The translations under genes and the position numbers were made by a program. The notes beneath the pieces are model-generated. The model ran no database searches, was not told the DNA's origin, and was given only the letters and a program-made list of their open reading frames with translations. A stretch of DNA of 64,000 nucleotides from Thalia democratica (lineage: Eukaryota), in NCBI GenBank assembly GCA_965202585.1, contig OZ241828.1, positions 18,104,001 to 18,168,000 on the forward strand, in the 5' to 3' direction. This document shows positions 38,830-51,632 of the stretch, piece by piece (position 1 is the first letter of the stretch; each line of letters opens with the position of its first letter).

Positions 38830-41345
38830 CTGTAATCATGTCCAGATAAGCATTCTTCCAGATAATTGAAAAATATTTAATAAAATAGTATAACTGTTGA
38901 ATATTCTGTAATGCACAATAAATAATAAAAGCTCAGCTTTTCTTTTGCTGCTTGAATTTTTTTTCTATACTTTTCAAAATGATGTACAAAGTTGACCTTC
39001 CTATGCTAAACTAAATTATTCTAAAAGACTTTGTAACAACATTGTTTTTACTGTCATACAGGCTATCAATTTATTTCTTATGGTAAGTGAGGGTTGCAAT
39101 ATGTTTTTTCTTCTAATTTTTTTCAGGTTTTTTCAAATTTCTTCCAGGTTTTTTAAAATACATATATTGGGGTCTATTTTTAGTTTAAAATTAAGTTTAA
39201 GGTCAGAAACATTGTTTAATAGTATATAAACATTGTAAAAATGCTGTAAAGCTACTTGAATGTGTTTTTGAATAAAAATTATTGATGATGACTATTTTTT
39301 TAATCTATTTGATATATATTTTGTGTTAAATATAATTTTTATACTGAACATTTGAAAATTGTTATAAAGTTCTGGGTTTTTTAAAGATTTCATAGTTTTT
39401 TTGTTCAAAGTTCCAGGTTTTTCCAGGCATTTTACAAAGTTTCCCAAATCCAGGTTTTTCCATTTTTTTTTTTGCCTAAATTTTCAAATTCCAGATTTTT
39501 CCAGGTTTCTAGGTAAAATGGCAACCCTGGTAAGTGCAACTCGTTTACCGTTTGGATCATGTCTAGTTCATTTCTAAAACCTGGTATGTTGAGTGTGTAA
39601 AACTTATATTACTTTATAAAGTCTTTACACCTTATCTTAAACAAAAAGTGCTTGAATTAAAATCCTCTATATTATAGTCCAAATTAAAAAAACAAATTTA
39701 AAAAATATCTTTTAGTCTTATTTTCTATTATAAAACTTAAAATTTAATCAAATATTGAAACTTTAAAATTTCAAATAAAAACTTTTGTAATACTTTAATT
39801 ATCATTGTTTATTTTTTTTTCTATATTATTAATAATAACTACAAAGGTATTGGATAACTATTATTTTTTATAAATTTTTTTTTTTTACAATTTTTTAATT
39901 AACTTTAAAAAAATTAAAATCCAAAGGTTTTCTATAAGAAACTTCTTTGAAAAAGAGAACTATGCTTGAAAATGTTGAAATTAACATGGAAAAGGCTTAC
40001 CTGTAATTTATATTTGCAAGCTTTTTTTATGTGTGAACAAATGTTGATTATTTTTCCATTTTTTGGACGACAGACATAAAATTTTAAGCACAGTCAAAAA
40101 TATTATTCATTACTTTAATTAATAGTTATTTTGTTTAAACTTATAGTTTGGTATCATTCTTATCATTTATAAAATATTACAAAACTTTAAATCAAAATTA
40201 AATCATGGAAACTTGATGTACTTAACAACATTAAACTAAGCAAATGCCTCTTAGATAATCACAAAATTCTGTTTTTTATGTATAACTTTACATTACTTAT
40301 GGATTACTTAACAAACAAAAAAGCTGACTTTAGTGACTAAAATCTAATTTCAGTATATCAAGGTAGCTTGAGATAATGAGTAATTGAAAAAAAAATATGT
40401 AAGCTAAAAACTAATACAACTAATAAGAAATAAAAAAAGGAAAAAAGTCAAAAATAATGACCTGTAGTTAAAAAAATTACCCTAAATTATTCAAAGAATA
40501 TTAAGTTGGCCTGAGTGTTTCAAAATTATTAAACTCGCCTGAGTTATTTTGAGAGTTCGACAACTTTGTGTTTAGTTTGAGACCAAAAAATTTATAAGAG
40601 GCAATAAAATTAAAATCAGTGAAATTCAGTGTAGTGGGAACTCTGTTCATAACAATATTTATTATTTAAATCCTTAGTTCTAGCATAGTATTAAGGATGC
40701 ATATAGGATTATTAGTAACCAACTACTTTATATATAATATAACTGCTATAAAAATAATTCAGTTATTTAACATGATAAAATATAAAACAAACAAAACTTG
40801 CTTAAGTAGCAAATTAAACTAGAGCCAGTGGTCATAAAAAACATTTAAACTGTAAAAAGTAAATTACTTTTAAAGATATGTGCACACAAAATAACTTAGG
40901 ATTTATTTATTTTTAATAAATCTAATCTATTTTTATTTTATAGTCCACTGAATACTAAATGTAGTTGAAGCTATCAAAAATAATATATAAAAATGAGGTA
41001 TAGCATATAATTATTTAAAAAACTTCCTGGTCATTGAACAGTAAAACAATTTTGCAAGAGTAACTTTAAAGTTAGTACTATAATAAACACTTAATGATAT
41101 ATGTGCAAATACAAAACTTTCTTTTTAGGGTTTTTGATATTCAAGATTCAAAAATTTTGCTAATATAACGAATAATTATGGAAATATATATTTACGAACC
41201 TTAACTCACTTTGATTAGCATTATTATGGAATATAAAAAAAAAATACAAATATGTGATCTAATTATTTTCCTTATCATTAAACGTAACAAAAGTTTTATA
41301 CCAGAAAACTCTTTTTTTTTCTTTAATAAAAAGAATCCATCTAAA
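38830..41345 (+). repeat. Diverged segmental duplication, copy 2 (paralogue of 1-6260)
   Basis: Same ordered blocks as copy 1; ends at a short fold-back at about 41330-41372. Confidence 0.9.
39090..39528. mobile_element. hAT-type MITE with perfect 8-bp TSD
   Basis: TIR agggttgc / gcaaccct flanked on both sides by GGTAAGTG (39082-39089 and 39529-39536). An 8-bp TSD is typical of hAT. Confidence 0.9.
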
Positions 41346-43129
41346 TAATTCAAATCCCAATCCAATGGATTTTTTTTAATTAAAGACAAAGGAGAGTTCT
41401 CTATAATAATTATAAGATTTTTTAGTTAGCTTTAAAAGTAAGGAAAAAAATTGAATCTAAAGTTTGGAAGTTATTCGAATTGAGCTAAGTTAATGCTCGT
41501 AATAAATTTTTGATCCCTTGATATTTATTATTCAAAAACTAATTTATTATCTAAAGGTGCAATATATAAATGAAATTCATATTCAATATTTAAACATTTA
41601 CAATACTTATCATATAAAATTTGTTAAGTATTATTTAGAGTGTCAAGTTTTTAACTAAAAACAGTGAAAACATATAATTCTTAAAATGTTTTATTTAGTA
41701 ATTACAATTAAAAATACATAATATAATTTATACAGTTTTATAAATCTTGCAACACTAGAGTAAACAAATCTTAAAATTTAAGAATGTTATTTCGTTCATA
41801 TATTTATCAGATTGAACATTTTTTAATAATAAAACTCAGTGTTTGATAAAATATTGTGTTTCCAAACTATCAGGATAAAGTAACGTAGAAAAAGGTTTTT
41901 TTTTTTGTGTGGAACTTAAACTAGTTTGGGTAAACTTATGCTAACTCAGACTAACATGTAAGTTTAATTTTCGGTCTAATTTTTTACTTTTTGGTTTTCC
42001 TAAAAAGTTTTAATCCTGTTGTTACTTTTTGAAAAGAATGAGTAGTTTCTATCTAAAAGTTATAAAATTTTAGAAAGAAGCATAAACTTGAAATTTTTTT
42101 TCGAAAAAGTTTCTTTTAAAAAGTTATATAAAAAGTAAGAAATAAGAATAAGCTTGAAATTTAAAATTAAATCAAATAACAGTTTTGCCACTCACTTAGG
42201 ATACTCTGAATATTTTCTAAAATTTATTTTCAACTAATGCTGATTCAGAACAGCTTTTTTTTGTGATTAAAATTGGGCTAGTTTTATTTATTCTTATAAA
42301 TCTCAGGACAGACCAGTTTTAGATTTTTATTGAGATTTAAGTCATTTAATTTAATATTGTTCAAACATTTAACAATTTTGTGAAAATTATAATTTAGTTA
42401 ACTTTAAAAACAGATTACCATATAAAATATTATTAGTTTTCTCTCTACTCAACAATATTTTTAAACAAACTTAAAAAAAATAAATCTAAATTTAACAAAA
42501 AAAACGATGTCAAAGGGTTTTAAATATTTTGGTTATCTAAAGATTTCTACTCAGACAAGTATTCATTCTGGAAAAAAAAAAAATTAATAAAAAAATAATC
42601 AGACCAACTCAGCATAGTTTGAATTTTATTATAAAATTCAAGGGAACTAAGGCTTGTTTGATATATTTTCTTTTAAGCCTTTAGCTAATAAATACGCTAA
42701 CACAAAACTCTTAACTATTTAAAATTTTTGTTGTTTTAGTTTATATCGCAGTCTTTTAATTCGTTTCCTTTGTTTTTTTTATAAAAAACACTTTAAAGTT
42801 TGTTAAATGTTAATTATAACTTAGTTATTATGAGCTGATTTTACTGAAGTAAATTCAATTTCAATAAACAAAGTAAAAAAAAAGTTTACACTTAACTTAT
42901 TTTTTCATTGAAAATTACTATATTTTATTTAATTCATAATAAAAAACTAATTATTCTTAAGAAAGTATAGACTTTGTAAGCTTTGTTTATTTTAAGTTAT
43001 TATTTGTTTTAAATGTTTTTTTTGCTCATTATATTAAAATAATGAATTAACTTTATAAAAAAACAATTGAAAACAATATATTATATGAAAACAAATTTTG
43101 TAATAATTCTAAACTATTACATTGCTAAA

Positions 43130-43261
43130 TGACGCCATATAAAATAAACACAAACTGAAACTTAACAAAATAAATTAAAGTAAAGCAGCTTATTTACAAA
43201 AGATGTTATGAGCTTTTCTATGAAATTTGTAGCGAGAAAAAGATGTTTTTTATCATTCTCA
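43130..43261 (-). promoter_or_regulatory. Palindrome+CRE module
   Basis: tgacgcca...aaacacaaac; cgagaaaaagatgttttttatcattctca (29 bp); spacing 127. Confidence 0.65.
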
Positions 43262-45150
43262 CGAAATCAAGCTATCTAAAAACGATCTTATTTAAAATAC
43301 TTAAGAATATTGATTTACATCATTTCGGTTGTAACTTGGGACTATATTTTTCATAACTTTTAAATATTATTATATGTAGTATGTAAAGTTGTATAAAATA
43401 ATGGTTTTTAGGAAATAACTAATGATTATATCTAAACTAATATTCTAATGAAACACAAAACTGGTTTACTTGCTTACTTTTCTAAGAAAGATATGATTAA
43501 GACAACCTGAAAATTTGTAGATAAACTAGAATTTCAAAAACTGAATTTACCTTTTCAAAGACAAAATAATTATTACCTAATAGTCTTAAAACACAGAATA
43601 GTTTTTTATTGTTGAATAAAGTAAAATAACTTCACTAAATAACATTTATTTTACCAAGTTAGCAACAAAAACTTATGAATAAATCAAACGTTTACTTTAA
43701 TCGAATTGAACAAACACCTTATAAATCAACAGGCTGTTAACTTATTAAACATCTTACTGTTTACAAAAAAATATGTGTTAATTAAAGTAACTTAATCTAG
43801 TGCTTTAAAACTGTTTTTAAAGATTGAATATTGTTCATTGAACCGGTTTTAATTCAACTTAATAACTTTACTATATTTTATTACGAATACTTTAATTTTT
43901 TTAACAAATATAAATGTTTTACTACTAATATTTAATCCAATTTTAAATTGTAATCAAATGCTTAAATTTGTTAATGTTATCTGTATAAAACTCATATGAA
44001 AGTTCTGAATGTAAAACTTTATGTTTTAATAACCTTGTTATGCATCGTATTCAGTTTAAATCCGAATAGCTTTTTAAAAAAAAAACTTAAAAAGCCTTAA
44101 GTATTATGTAATCAAATAGTAATTTTAAGTTTCAAATGTTTTCTGAAAAAAAGTAACACTTTCTATAAAAAATGCATCAGCTGTAATAGATGCATAAAAA
44201 CAAAAACAAATAGCAACTTAATAAAAGTTTATACTTACAGAGATATTTGAAAAGAGATATCGATATTTCACATAAATATCGCAAAACTGAAATTACTTAA
44301 ACCAAAATTTTAACAAAATGTTTTGTAACTTTACTTATATTAAGAACCATACCTAAAGTTGATTTTGAACAGCAGTTATCTTGAATTATATACTTTCGTC
44401 TTCATATAAACTTTAATTTTTTATTGTTTTACAATCAAGTTTTATCTATCAAAATATACAAAAAACTTTTTAAATAGCTTTTGTCCATAAAAATTTATTA
44501 ATAATGTAAACAGCAATTTTATACTTTAATACGACTACAATTATTACACCTGATTAATTAGTGTATATAGTTTGCATAAGTAGTATACAGTTTATTGTAT
44601 GTTTAATCTATCTTTCCAATCAGTTTATATTACTATGTATGACTTACTTCTATTTATTTGTGAAAGCGTTATTTTTTACTTATAACTCAAGTTATTTAAT
44701 AAAAATGCGTTAACAAAATAATTGAAATAAGTTGTAAAAACAAAGTTGAATTTGACAAAAATATCTTAGTTACTATATATTTACTTTTTAATTGTAAAAT
44801 ATATTGAACAAACAAGAAAATCTTGAAAAAAATAGTTTGGGAATAATTATTGATAATTTTTTTCATTAATCAATTATTTAATAGCTGTTGCTGTGCGCTT
44901 AATTATTAATTGAAACTAAAAACTAAAATTTGTAGTTTGTTTTAAAGCTGTAATATTAGCAAAACAAGCAATATACCTGAATATCTACTTAACTTCGGCT
45001 AAAAACTTTAGTTTATTTGGTTTTTTTAATATATAATAGTGTTATACAAAATTATTATTGTTATAGTTTCAAAAATATTAAAGTTAAAACAAAAATATTA
45101 AACACCAAATCAAAAGAAATAGTTTTACTTTTATAAGTTAAGATACTGAA

Positions 45151-45283
45151 TGACGTCACTTAAGTTTTACACAAACAAAAAGTTAGAACATAAATGTATA
45201 AATTTTTCATCTATGATCAAAATTTTAGCTTTGTTTGTCAGCAGTTATTATTAGCAAGAAATTAATCGCAAATATTATTCTTG
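45151..45283 (-). promoter_or_regulatory. Palindrome+CRE module
   Basis: tgacgtca...tacacaaac; caagaaattaatcgcaaatattattcttg (29 bp); spacing 128. Confidence 0.65.
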
Positions 45284-45636
45284 CAATACTACAAATTTTA
45301 GATATATTACTAAAACCTTAAATTCATAAATGTTTTCTTTATTATTTTTAGTTTTTATTTTGTATAACTTAAAAAGCAACATTAATATACAAATTAATAT
45401 TTTGCGTTTAAAATCGACTGTATACTATGTAATACAGGTTACTTAAATTTGTAGCAACAAATACTTTTTTGATTTATTTCTGAAACTATATATTAATTTA
45501 AGATTTTTATTTTACATATAATTGTAAAATTTTTGATATTAATTAGAGTATGATTTATTTATTATCTTATTAAAAAGAAAAAAAAATATTTGAAAAAAAT
45601 TATATATATTTAATATAAAGGTTTATTTCAAGATGT

Positions 45637-45925
45637 AAAACTCAAAGGACTCGAGTTTCGTGCTTATGCACAAAACATCAGCTTCAAAACAAGTTTAAAA
45701 TAAAGTCTAAAACAGAACAAACAAATGAAAGTTAAAAAATTTAGCATAAATAGATTATGACGTAATTTTGAAACTATAAATAATCATAAAACGTCAGTGA
45801 GTAATTATATATTAGGGCAGATATTTATGCTAAATTTTTAACTTTCATTTGTGTGTTTTGTTTTGTGCTTTACTTTAAACTTATTTGAAGCTGATGAGTG
45901 CATTAACTCGAGTCCTTTGAGTTTT
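45637..45925. mobile_element. Fold-back MITE-like element with imperfect inverted arms of about 120 bp
   Basis: aaaactcaaaggactcgagtt...catcagcttcaaa...aaatgaaagttaaaaaatttagcataaata is mirrored by tatttatgctaaatttttaactttcattt...tttgaagctgatg...aactcgagtcctttgagtttt. Confidence 0.8.
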
Positions 45926-45929
45926 GATT

Positions 45930-46007
45930 CATGAAATAAACCTATTTATTAATAAAGCCCTTAAGGTGGGCTCAGTGTTAAAGATTTGATTTATCAAGTT
46001 AAATAAC

Positions 46008-46053
<46 letters not shown>

Positions 46054-46165
46054 TTAATAGCGGCATATATGAAAATGACACTGAACTTTCGAAGTATGTT
46101 TGTGGCTTAAAGCGCAGCGGCATTGATTTTGAAATATCCTGGGAAGTTTGTGGCAATACCTTTTT
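45930..46165 (+). mobile_element. Penelope-like GIY-YIG endonuclease remnant interrupted by (TA)n
   Basis: GLSVKDLIYQVK before the TA run and ENDTELSKYVCGLKRSGIDFEISWEV after it, matching the PLE pattern TELSKYIW.LK......I.W.I. Confidence 0.7.
46013..46048. repeat. (TA)n microsatellite
   Basis: About 18 TA units. Confidence 0.95.
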
Positions 46166-46660
46166 AAAACACAGATAGTAATCGCTTAATAAAAGGTCAT
46201 TAAATAAGTTTAACTAAATATTTAAATTTATTATTCAAAAATAGTACCAAGACTACTGATTCTTAATTAGGGTTGTGGCAATGAATTAAATTAATCTAGT
46301 TAGTATTTTAGACCTGGGTGATACAAGGAAAATATTGTAAAAATAATATCAGATAAATTATATTACAAGTTTTTTATAATGAAAAAAACATAGGGTAACT
46401 GGTAATTTCAAAGTTAGCGGGTTAAAATTAAGTGGGTGTTACTGAAATATTAGTAAAAAAACGATTAAAATTGTTTACACATTCTTGAACACTAGCGGCG
46501 CTAATGAGTGCGAAGTGGGGTGCACAGAATATTAATTTTGAGATTTAGGGTTCACGGATTCGAAATACCGTGCCGACCACTGATCTAAGCGATAATTTTA
46601 AATTTTTTACATAAATTTTAATTGCAGTTATATAGTTAGTAAAGTTTAAATTCATTTAGT

Positions 46661-47330
46661 AGAAGCTAAATGAGTGTATTTTTGCAGGTAAATTTAATGC
46701 AGTTGCAAAACGTTTCCATTGAGATTTAGTCATAATATAGCAGTTTGCTATAAACTATTCGGATCAAATTATCGTACTAATAAGTTTAATAAACCTCTTT
46801 ATCTTGAAGTCTTAAAAAGTTTCGAAAACTGATAATAGTAAAAAAATCGTGTCAATATTATTTACAATACACAGTGCAAAGAAATTTTATAAATTTAAAT
46901 ATAAAACTTCAATAGATGCTCAATAAATAAATAAAAAATTTTACCAATGCTTAATTGCACATTGACGTCACACAAATGCACACAAGTTCAAAATACAATG
47001 AATAAAAATAAATCTATGATAATATATAAACTAGTCTCTCCACTGTTAAACTGTATTTTTAACAAGAAATTGATCTTTTATATCATTCTTGTACAATAAT
47101 CAAAAAGTTATAAAGTAAATGTATTTTCTTGATTTTTTTTTCAGTTAAAGTTCTTAGATATAATTCCTAAGTTCTAAACTAGCAAACTTTTTTAGCACAG
47201 CTTATTTAGAAAAACTGTTAAAAAAAAAACAATTATGACTAAAACTAAATTATTTTCTAATATATTTTTATCTATTTACTCAATAATTTTTGAAATATTT
47301 TTACCAAAATTTTTCTTAAAACATTTTATT
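46661..47330 (+). repeat. Local duplication (paralogue at about 49213-49870) containing one module each
   Basis: Shared agaagctaaatg, gcagttgcaaaacgtttcc, tatttacaatacacagt, tacaataatcaaaa, ataattcctaagttctaa, tatgactaaaactaaa. Confidence 0.9.
46963..47091 (-). promoter_or_regulatory. Palindrome+CRE module
   Basis: tgacgtcacacaaatgcacacaagttc; caagaaattgatcttttatatcattcttg (29 bp); spacing 124. Confidence 0.75.
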
Positions 47331-47351
47331 CTTAAAGTTTATTAAAATATG

Positions 47352-47490
47352 CGATAATGTTATAAACATCAGTTTCTCGCAACAAACATTGCAATAGCAA
47401 ATTTATTTAAAAAAATTTTAGAGTATTAATATTACTCTGGTTTTTTTTTTATCATAAAGTTCGAACTTATTTTTGTAGGTAAGTGACTTT
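47352..47490 (+). promoter_or_regulatory. Palindrome module with decayed CRE
   Basis: cgataatgttataaacatcagtttctcg (28 bp); ttttgtagg-taagtgactt at spacing 135. Confidence 0.55.
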
Positions 47491-49500
47491 AAACAAAGCT
47501 TAAATTTTCGAAATATAATATATTAAAGCAATATTTAATAAGTTTGTCTTTAGTTTTTAATTATTATCATCCTAAAATTAAAAAACATTATATATTAACT
47601 TGGTAGAAAAGAACAAACATTTAATAAAAAGAACTATATACTTGTTTATTTTTATTTTATGAATCATAAGCTTAACGTTAAAGAAAATATTTTTCATTAA
47701 TAGACTATAGTTTTTGAATCGATAATAAAGCTACAAATAAAGAAAAATATTTTATTATAACTAAGCTAAATTTACACGAGTAATAAAAGTATATACTTGA
47801 TTTCATTTTATTCTTTTTGGTCAAAAACTAATCTGTATTTAAAGATTTTATTTTTAAAAATATTTTAATATTAGTTTTATTATTTAATCAGATAAAAGTG
47901 TTTATATTTTAATACAAGGTAGCAAAGCATATAGTTTTTATATAGCTTATAGTTTATAAAACAAACAATTTTTTTTTCGTTTAACGTCAACTAGTATTAT
48001 GTATATTTGAAAAAAAAGTTAATTCTGGTATAAGAGGTTTTAATTTATATAAATTTTAGTTTAAAAGTTTTTTCTTCTAGCTAAAAGAAGCTAACTGAAT
48101 TAAATAGTAAAAACTGTGTAGTATTAACCATTAATTAACGAAATATACGCAAAGATATTTGATAACTTTTTTAACTAAGAAACGTATATATGGTGTAAAA
48201 CTCAATAACCGAAAGGTCTTTTTGTTAACAAGTTGCTATTTACGACAAAAACTTAAATTGTAATTTTAGTAATTACTCTTTATTCTTTTCATCAAAATTT
48301 TGTTTTGTAATATAGTTCTTATTAGCTCTTATCTCGAAATAGATTTCAGGTATTGATAATATAGTTTAAGATTAATAAAGGTTTGTTGTATTTTAACTAG
48401 ATAGACAAAAAAATAATTGACATCTCTTATAAATGTATTTTTAAGTAAATATCAAAATATCGGAACTTTACTTTATGATATATAAAATATAAAACTAAGA
48501 ATTTTATCAGCAGTAAAAAATAAGTAAGTGTTAAAATTTTTAAAAAAGAAAATTAAGTTTTACAAACTTTCAACTAAATTAATTTTATGAAAGTTTTATC
48601 AAACAACTTTTTTGTCTAAACAATATAAAAAATTGAACTTAAAAAAAAAGTTCTATAGTTCAAGTAGTTTAATTGATATGTGACAACTTTTATCTTCTAA
48701 TTCTATTGTACTTAAAAGTGTTATTGTTTACTTTTAATATAAATTTACTAGCATTATTTAACTAAAGTTTTGTCTTTCTTGAACTTTGTAATATTGATGG
48801 TGTCTCAAGAACATAAATTATTGATAATTTAACTCGAAATAAAAAGTTTTATAAAAGGGAAATTTTAATTAAATAACTTATTTATTTTATACCACGTGCT
48901 TTTAAATAGTGTTTTCTCCATAATAGTCGGTAAAACTTTCTATTTTATAAGTATTACGTTTCAGATTTAAACAAAGGAATTATAAATAGATAAGACTTTA
49001 GTCGTTTTTTTTAAAACTTTATCTCTTTTTATTATAAAAAATGTGTTGCTTTAAACATAATCAAGTGAAATTAAATTTTAAAGATAATAAGCTGATAATT
49101 TAATTTACAATTTTTTGAAGCTAAAAGAAGTTGGTTATTTAGGAGGTGATTAAATTTTTTTACATAAAATAAGCTGCAGTTTTTTACACAAGTAAGTTTC
49201 AATTTATCTAAAAGAAGCTAAATGCAGTTGCAAAAACGTTTCCTTTGAGTTTCAGTTCTAGCAATGATAACATATTAAAAAGAAATTTTGCAATGTTTTT
49301 TTTAGTTTAACTTATCTATCTAATAAATTTATAAAGTTTTATTTTTTTAAGTCTAACAAATTTTCGAAAAAAAGTTTAAAAAAAAATAAAAAAGAGTATA
49401 AATATCAATGTTATTTACAATACACAGTTCAAAGCAATTTTTAAAATTTAAATAAATGCTTAGTAAAACATTTTTTTTCTACTAATATTTAAGCGCACAG

Positions 49501-49632
49501 TGACGTCAAACAAATGCACACAAATTCATATTTTATCGCAATGCATATAATAAAAGCCACACTAATATGTTACGTGCGTATCACAAGCCATCTATATTTT
49601 TAACGAGAATTAGATCTTTTTTATCATTCTCG
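49501..49632 (-). promoter_or_regulatory. Palindrome+CRE module (near consensus)
   Basis: ttaagcgcacagtgacgtcaaacaaatgcacacaaattc; cgagaattagatcttttttatcattctcg (29 bp); spacing 127. Confidence 0.75.
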
Positions 49633-51104
49633 TACAATAATCAAAACATTATAAAGTAAATATATTTACTTGAACTCTTTTTCTTTAGATAAAGTTATCA
49701 AACATAATTCCTAAGTTCTAACTTAGCAAACTATTTTAGCCAAGCTTACTAAGAAAAACAGTTATATAATGAAACAACTATGACTAAAACTAAAGTATTC
49801 TGTAACATATGTTTATCTTTTTACTCAGTTATTTTTGATACAATTCTAATAATTTTTTTCTTAAAGCACAAAGTTCATAAAATATGGCTGGCAAACAATT
49901 ATTAATTGTCGTTATGAATAAAACTCTATATTAACATAATTATAGATTTGTATTTGTCAAAAGATTTAATACAAATGCTTAAGTTTTTAAAGAATTTATT
50001 TGAGTACTAAAAATTTAATAACCTAATCTTTGCTTTCTTGCTACACATGAGACTTATATTTCTAAAATATTTATTTAATATATACTCATCGTTTTTAGAC
50101 TAAACTTTAAATGTTTTATATATTATAATTTCTTTTCATTTTTATAAGCCCTTGTTGTTAGTTAAACCAAAATAAATATATTAGCCAAACCATTCTCATA
50201 TTGACATAGTTTACTTTTAACAAACAATATGTAGCCTTTCTTTTTCAATAATAGTCAAATATTTTACTTTTCAAACAAATATTTTAAACATATTATTTTC
50301 AATATAAAAATGTAATCGATATATTTGCAAAACTAACAAAAATTATATTTATAGTCGGTTGTTACTAGAAAAGTTTGACATGATATATATTTTTACTTAA
50401 TAAGCATAAAAATTTCACTGATTAATCTAAGATATGTCTGAAACTAAACTAATCTTATTGATAGAGACTAAAACTCCAAAAACTGACTTTTTTAGGTCGT
50501 TGATTTTGACTTAGGTACTTTAAATTTATATTGATAACACTAATGTACTAAAATTCGTTTTCTACTTTGTTTTTCTCCGGTCCTATTTTACTGAGAGTAA
50601 TATAATAAATCAACTGTCGCTACAAAAAGATAGTTATAAAGTAAATATACACTAAGATTGAAAAAAATGCACGGCCCGCGAATGTTTGAAAATATAAAAT
50701 AATCCAACCGTAGAACTATTTTGATTCTAACTAGTAGCGTGTAGCCAAAATGATAAGTTTTACTTATGTTTGGAATGAAGTTAAGATATATTTATATAAA
50801 ATGAATTGAAAACTTCTGTTTTTCTAAGTGATGTTATCTTGTATCTAAGATAACATAGAAATAACAAAAATAAAAAGTTTATTTAATTAAGCAAATATTA
50901 GTTTTACACTAATTTTTGTTTGTTAATGTTAGTTAAAATTTGAAGCTCAATTTTTTTTAAGATAAGCATTAGATGTTTAAAATTCAAATTTAACAAAATC
51001 GAATTGTTTATTGAACTGAAAAAACGAATTCTTAAAAGGTTTGTCCAAAAACCTAGTACATGATTTTTCTCTTTATTTTCCAAGTCATAAACCAGAAGGA
51101 ATGA

Positions 51105-51632
51105 ACTAGAGTAGGAGCAATTGAAGCAGAGAAAACTCAGGAAAGGAAAACTCGAGTAGGATCAATTGAAGCAGCAAAAACTCGAGCAGGAGCAATTGAA
51201 GCAGGCAAAACTCAGGCAAGGAAAACTCGAGTAGGAGCAATTGAAGTAGGGAAAACTCGAGCAGAAGCAATTGAAGCAGGGAAAACTCGGGCAAGGAAAA
51301 CTCGAGTAGGAGCAATTGAAGCAAAAAAAACTCGAGCAGGAGCAATTGAAGCAGGGAAAACTCAAGCAGGAGCAGTTAAAACAGGGAAAATTCAGGCAAG
51401 AAAAACTCAAGTAGGAGCAATTGAAGCAAGGAAAAATAACTCGAGCAGGAACAATTCAAGCAGGGAAAACTCGGGCAAGGAAAACGCGAGTAGGAGCAAT
51501 TTAAGCAAGGAAAAATAACTCGAGTAGGAACAATTCAAGCAGGGAAAACTTGAGTAGGGAACACTCGAGCAGGAGTAACTCGAGCAGGAGTAACTTGAGC
51601 AGGAGCAATTCGAGTATGGAAAACTCAAGCTG
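51105..51632. repeat. GC-richer minisatellite, 15-bp unit (AAAACTCGAGCAGGR / GCAATTGAAGCAGGR), about 35 degenerate units
   Basis: Alternating 15-mers. The four low-complexity minus-strand ORFs in the track are by-products of this array. Confidence 0.92.

Noticed and set aside
39935-39950. Minus-strand donor-like site (cttac|ctg) suggesting a gene inside the segmental duplication
   Set aside because: It is not conserved in the paralogous copy near 4850, and I found no open exon.
46313-46581. Possible further hAT MITE (ends gtgccgaccactg) and a cggcccgcg fragment near 50670
   Set aside because: Only one convincing terminus each and no TSD; too fragmentary to delimit.
51106-51628. Four Leu-rich or Cys/Ser-rich minus-strand ORFs
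   Set aside because: They are by-products of the 15-bp minisatellite.
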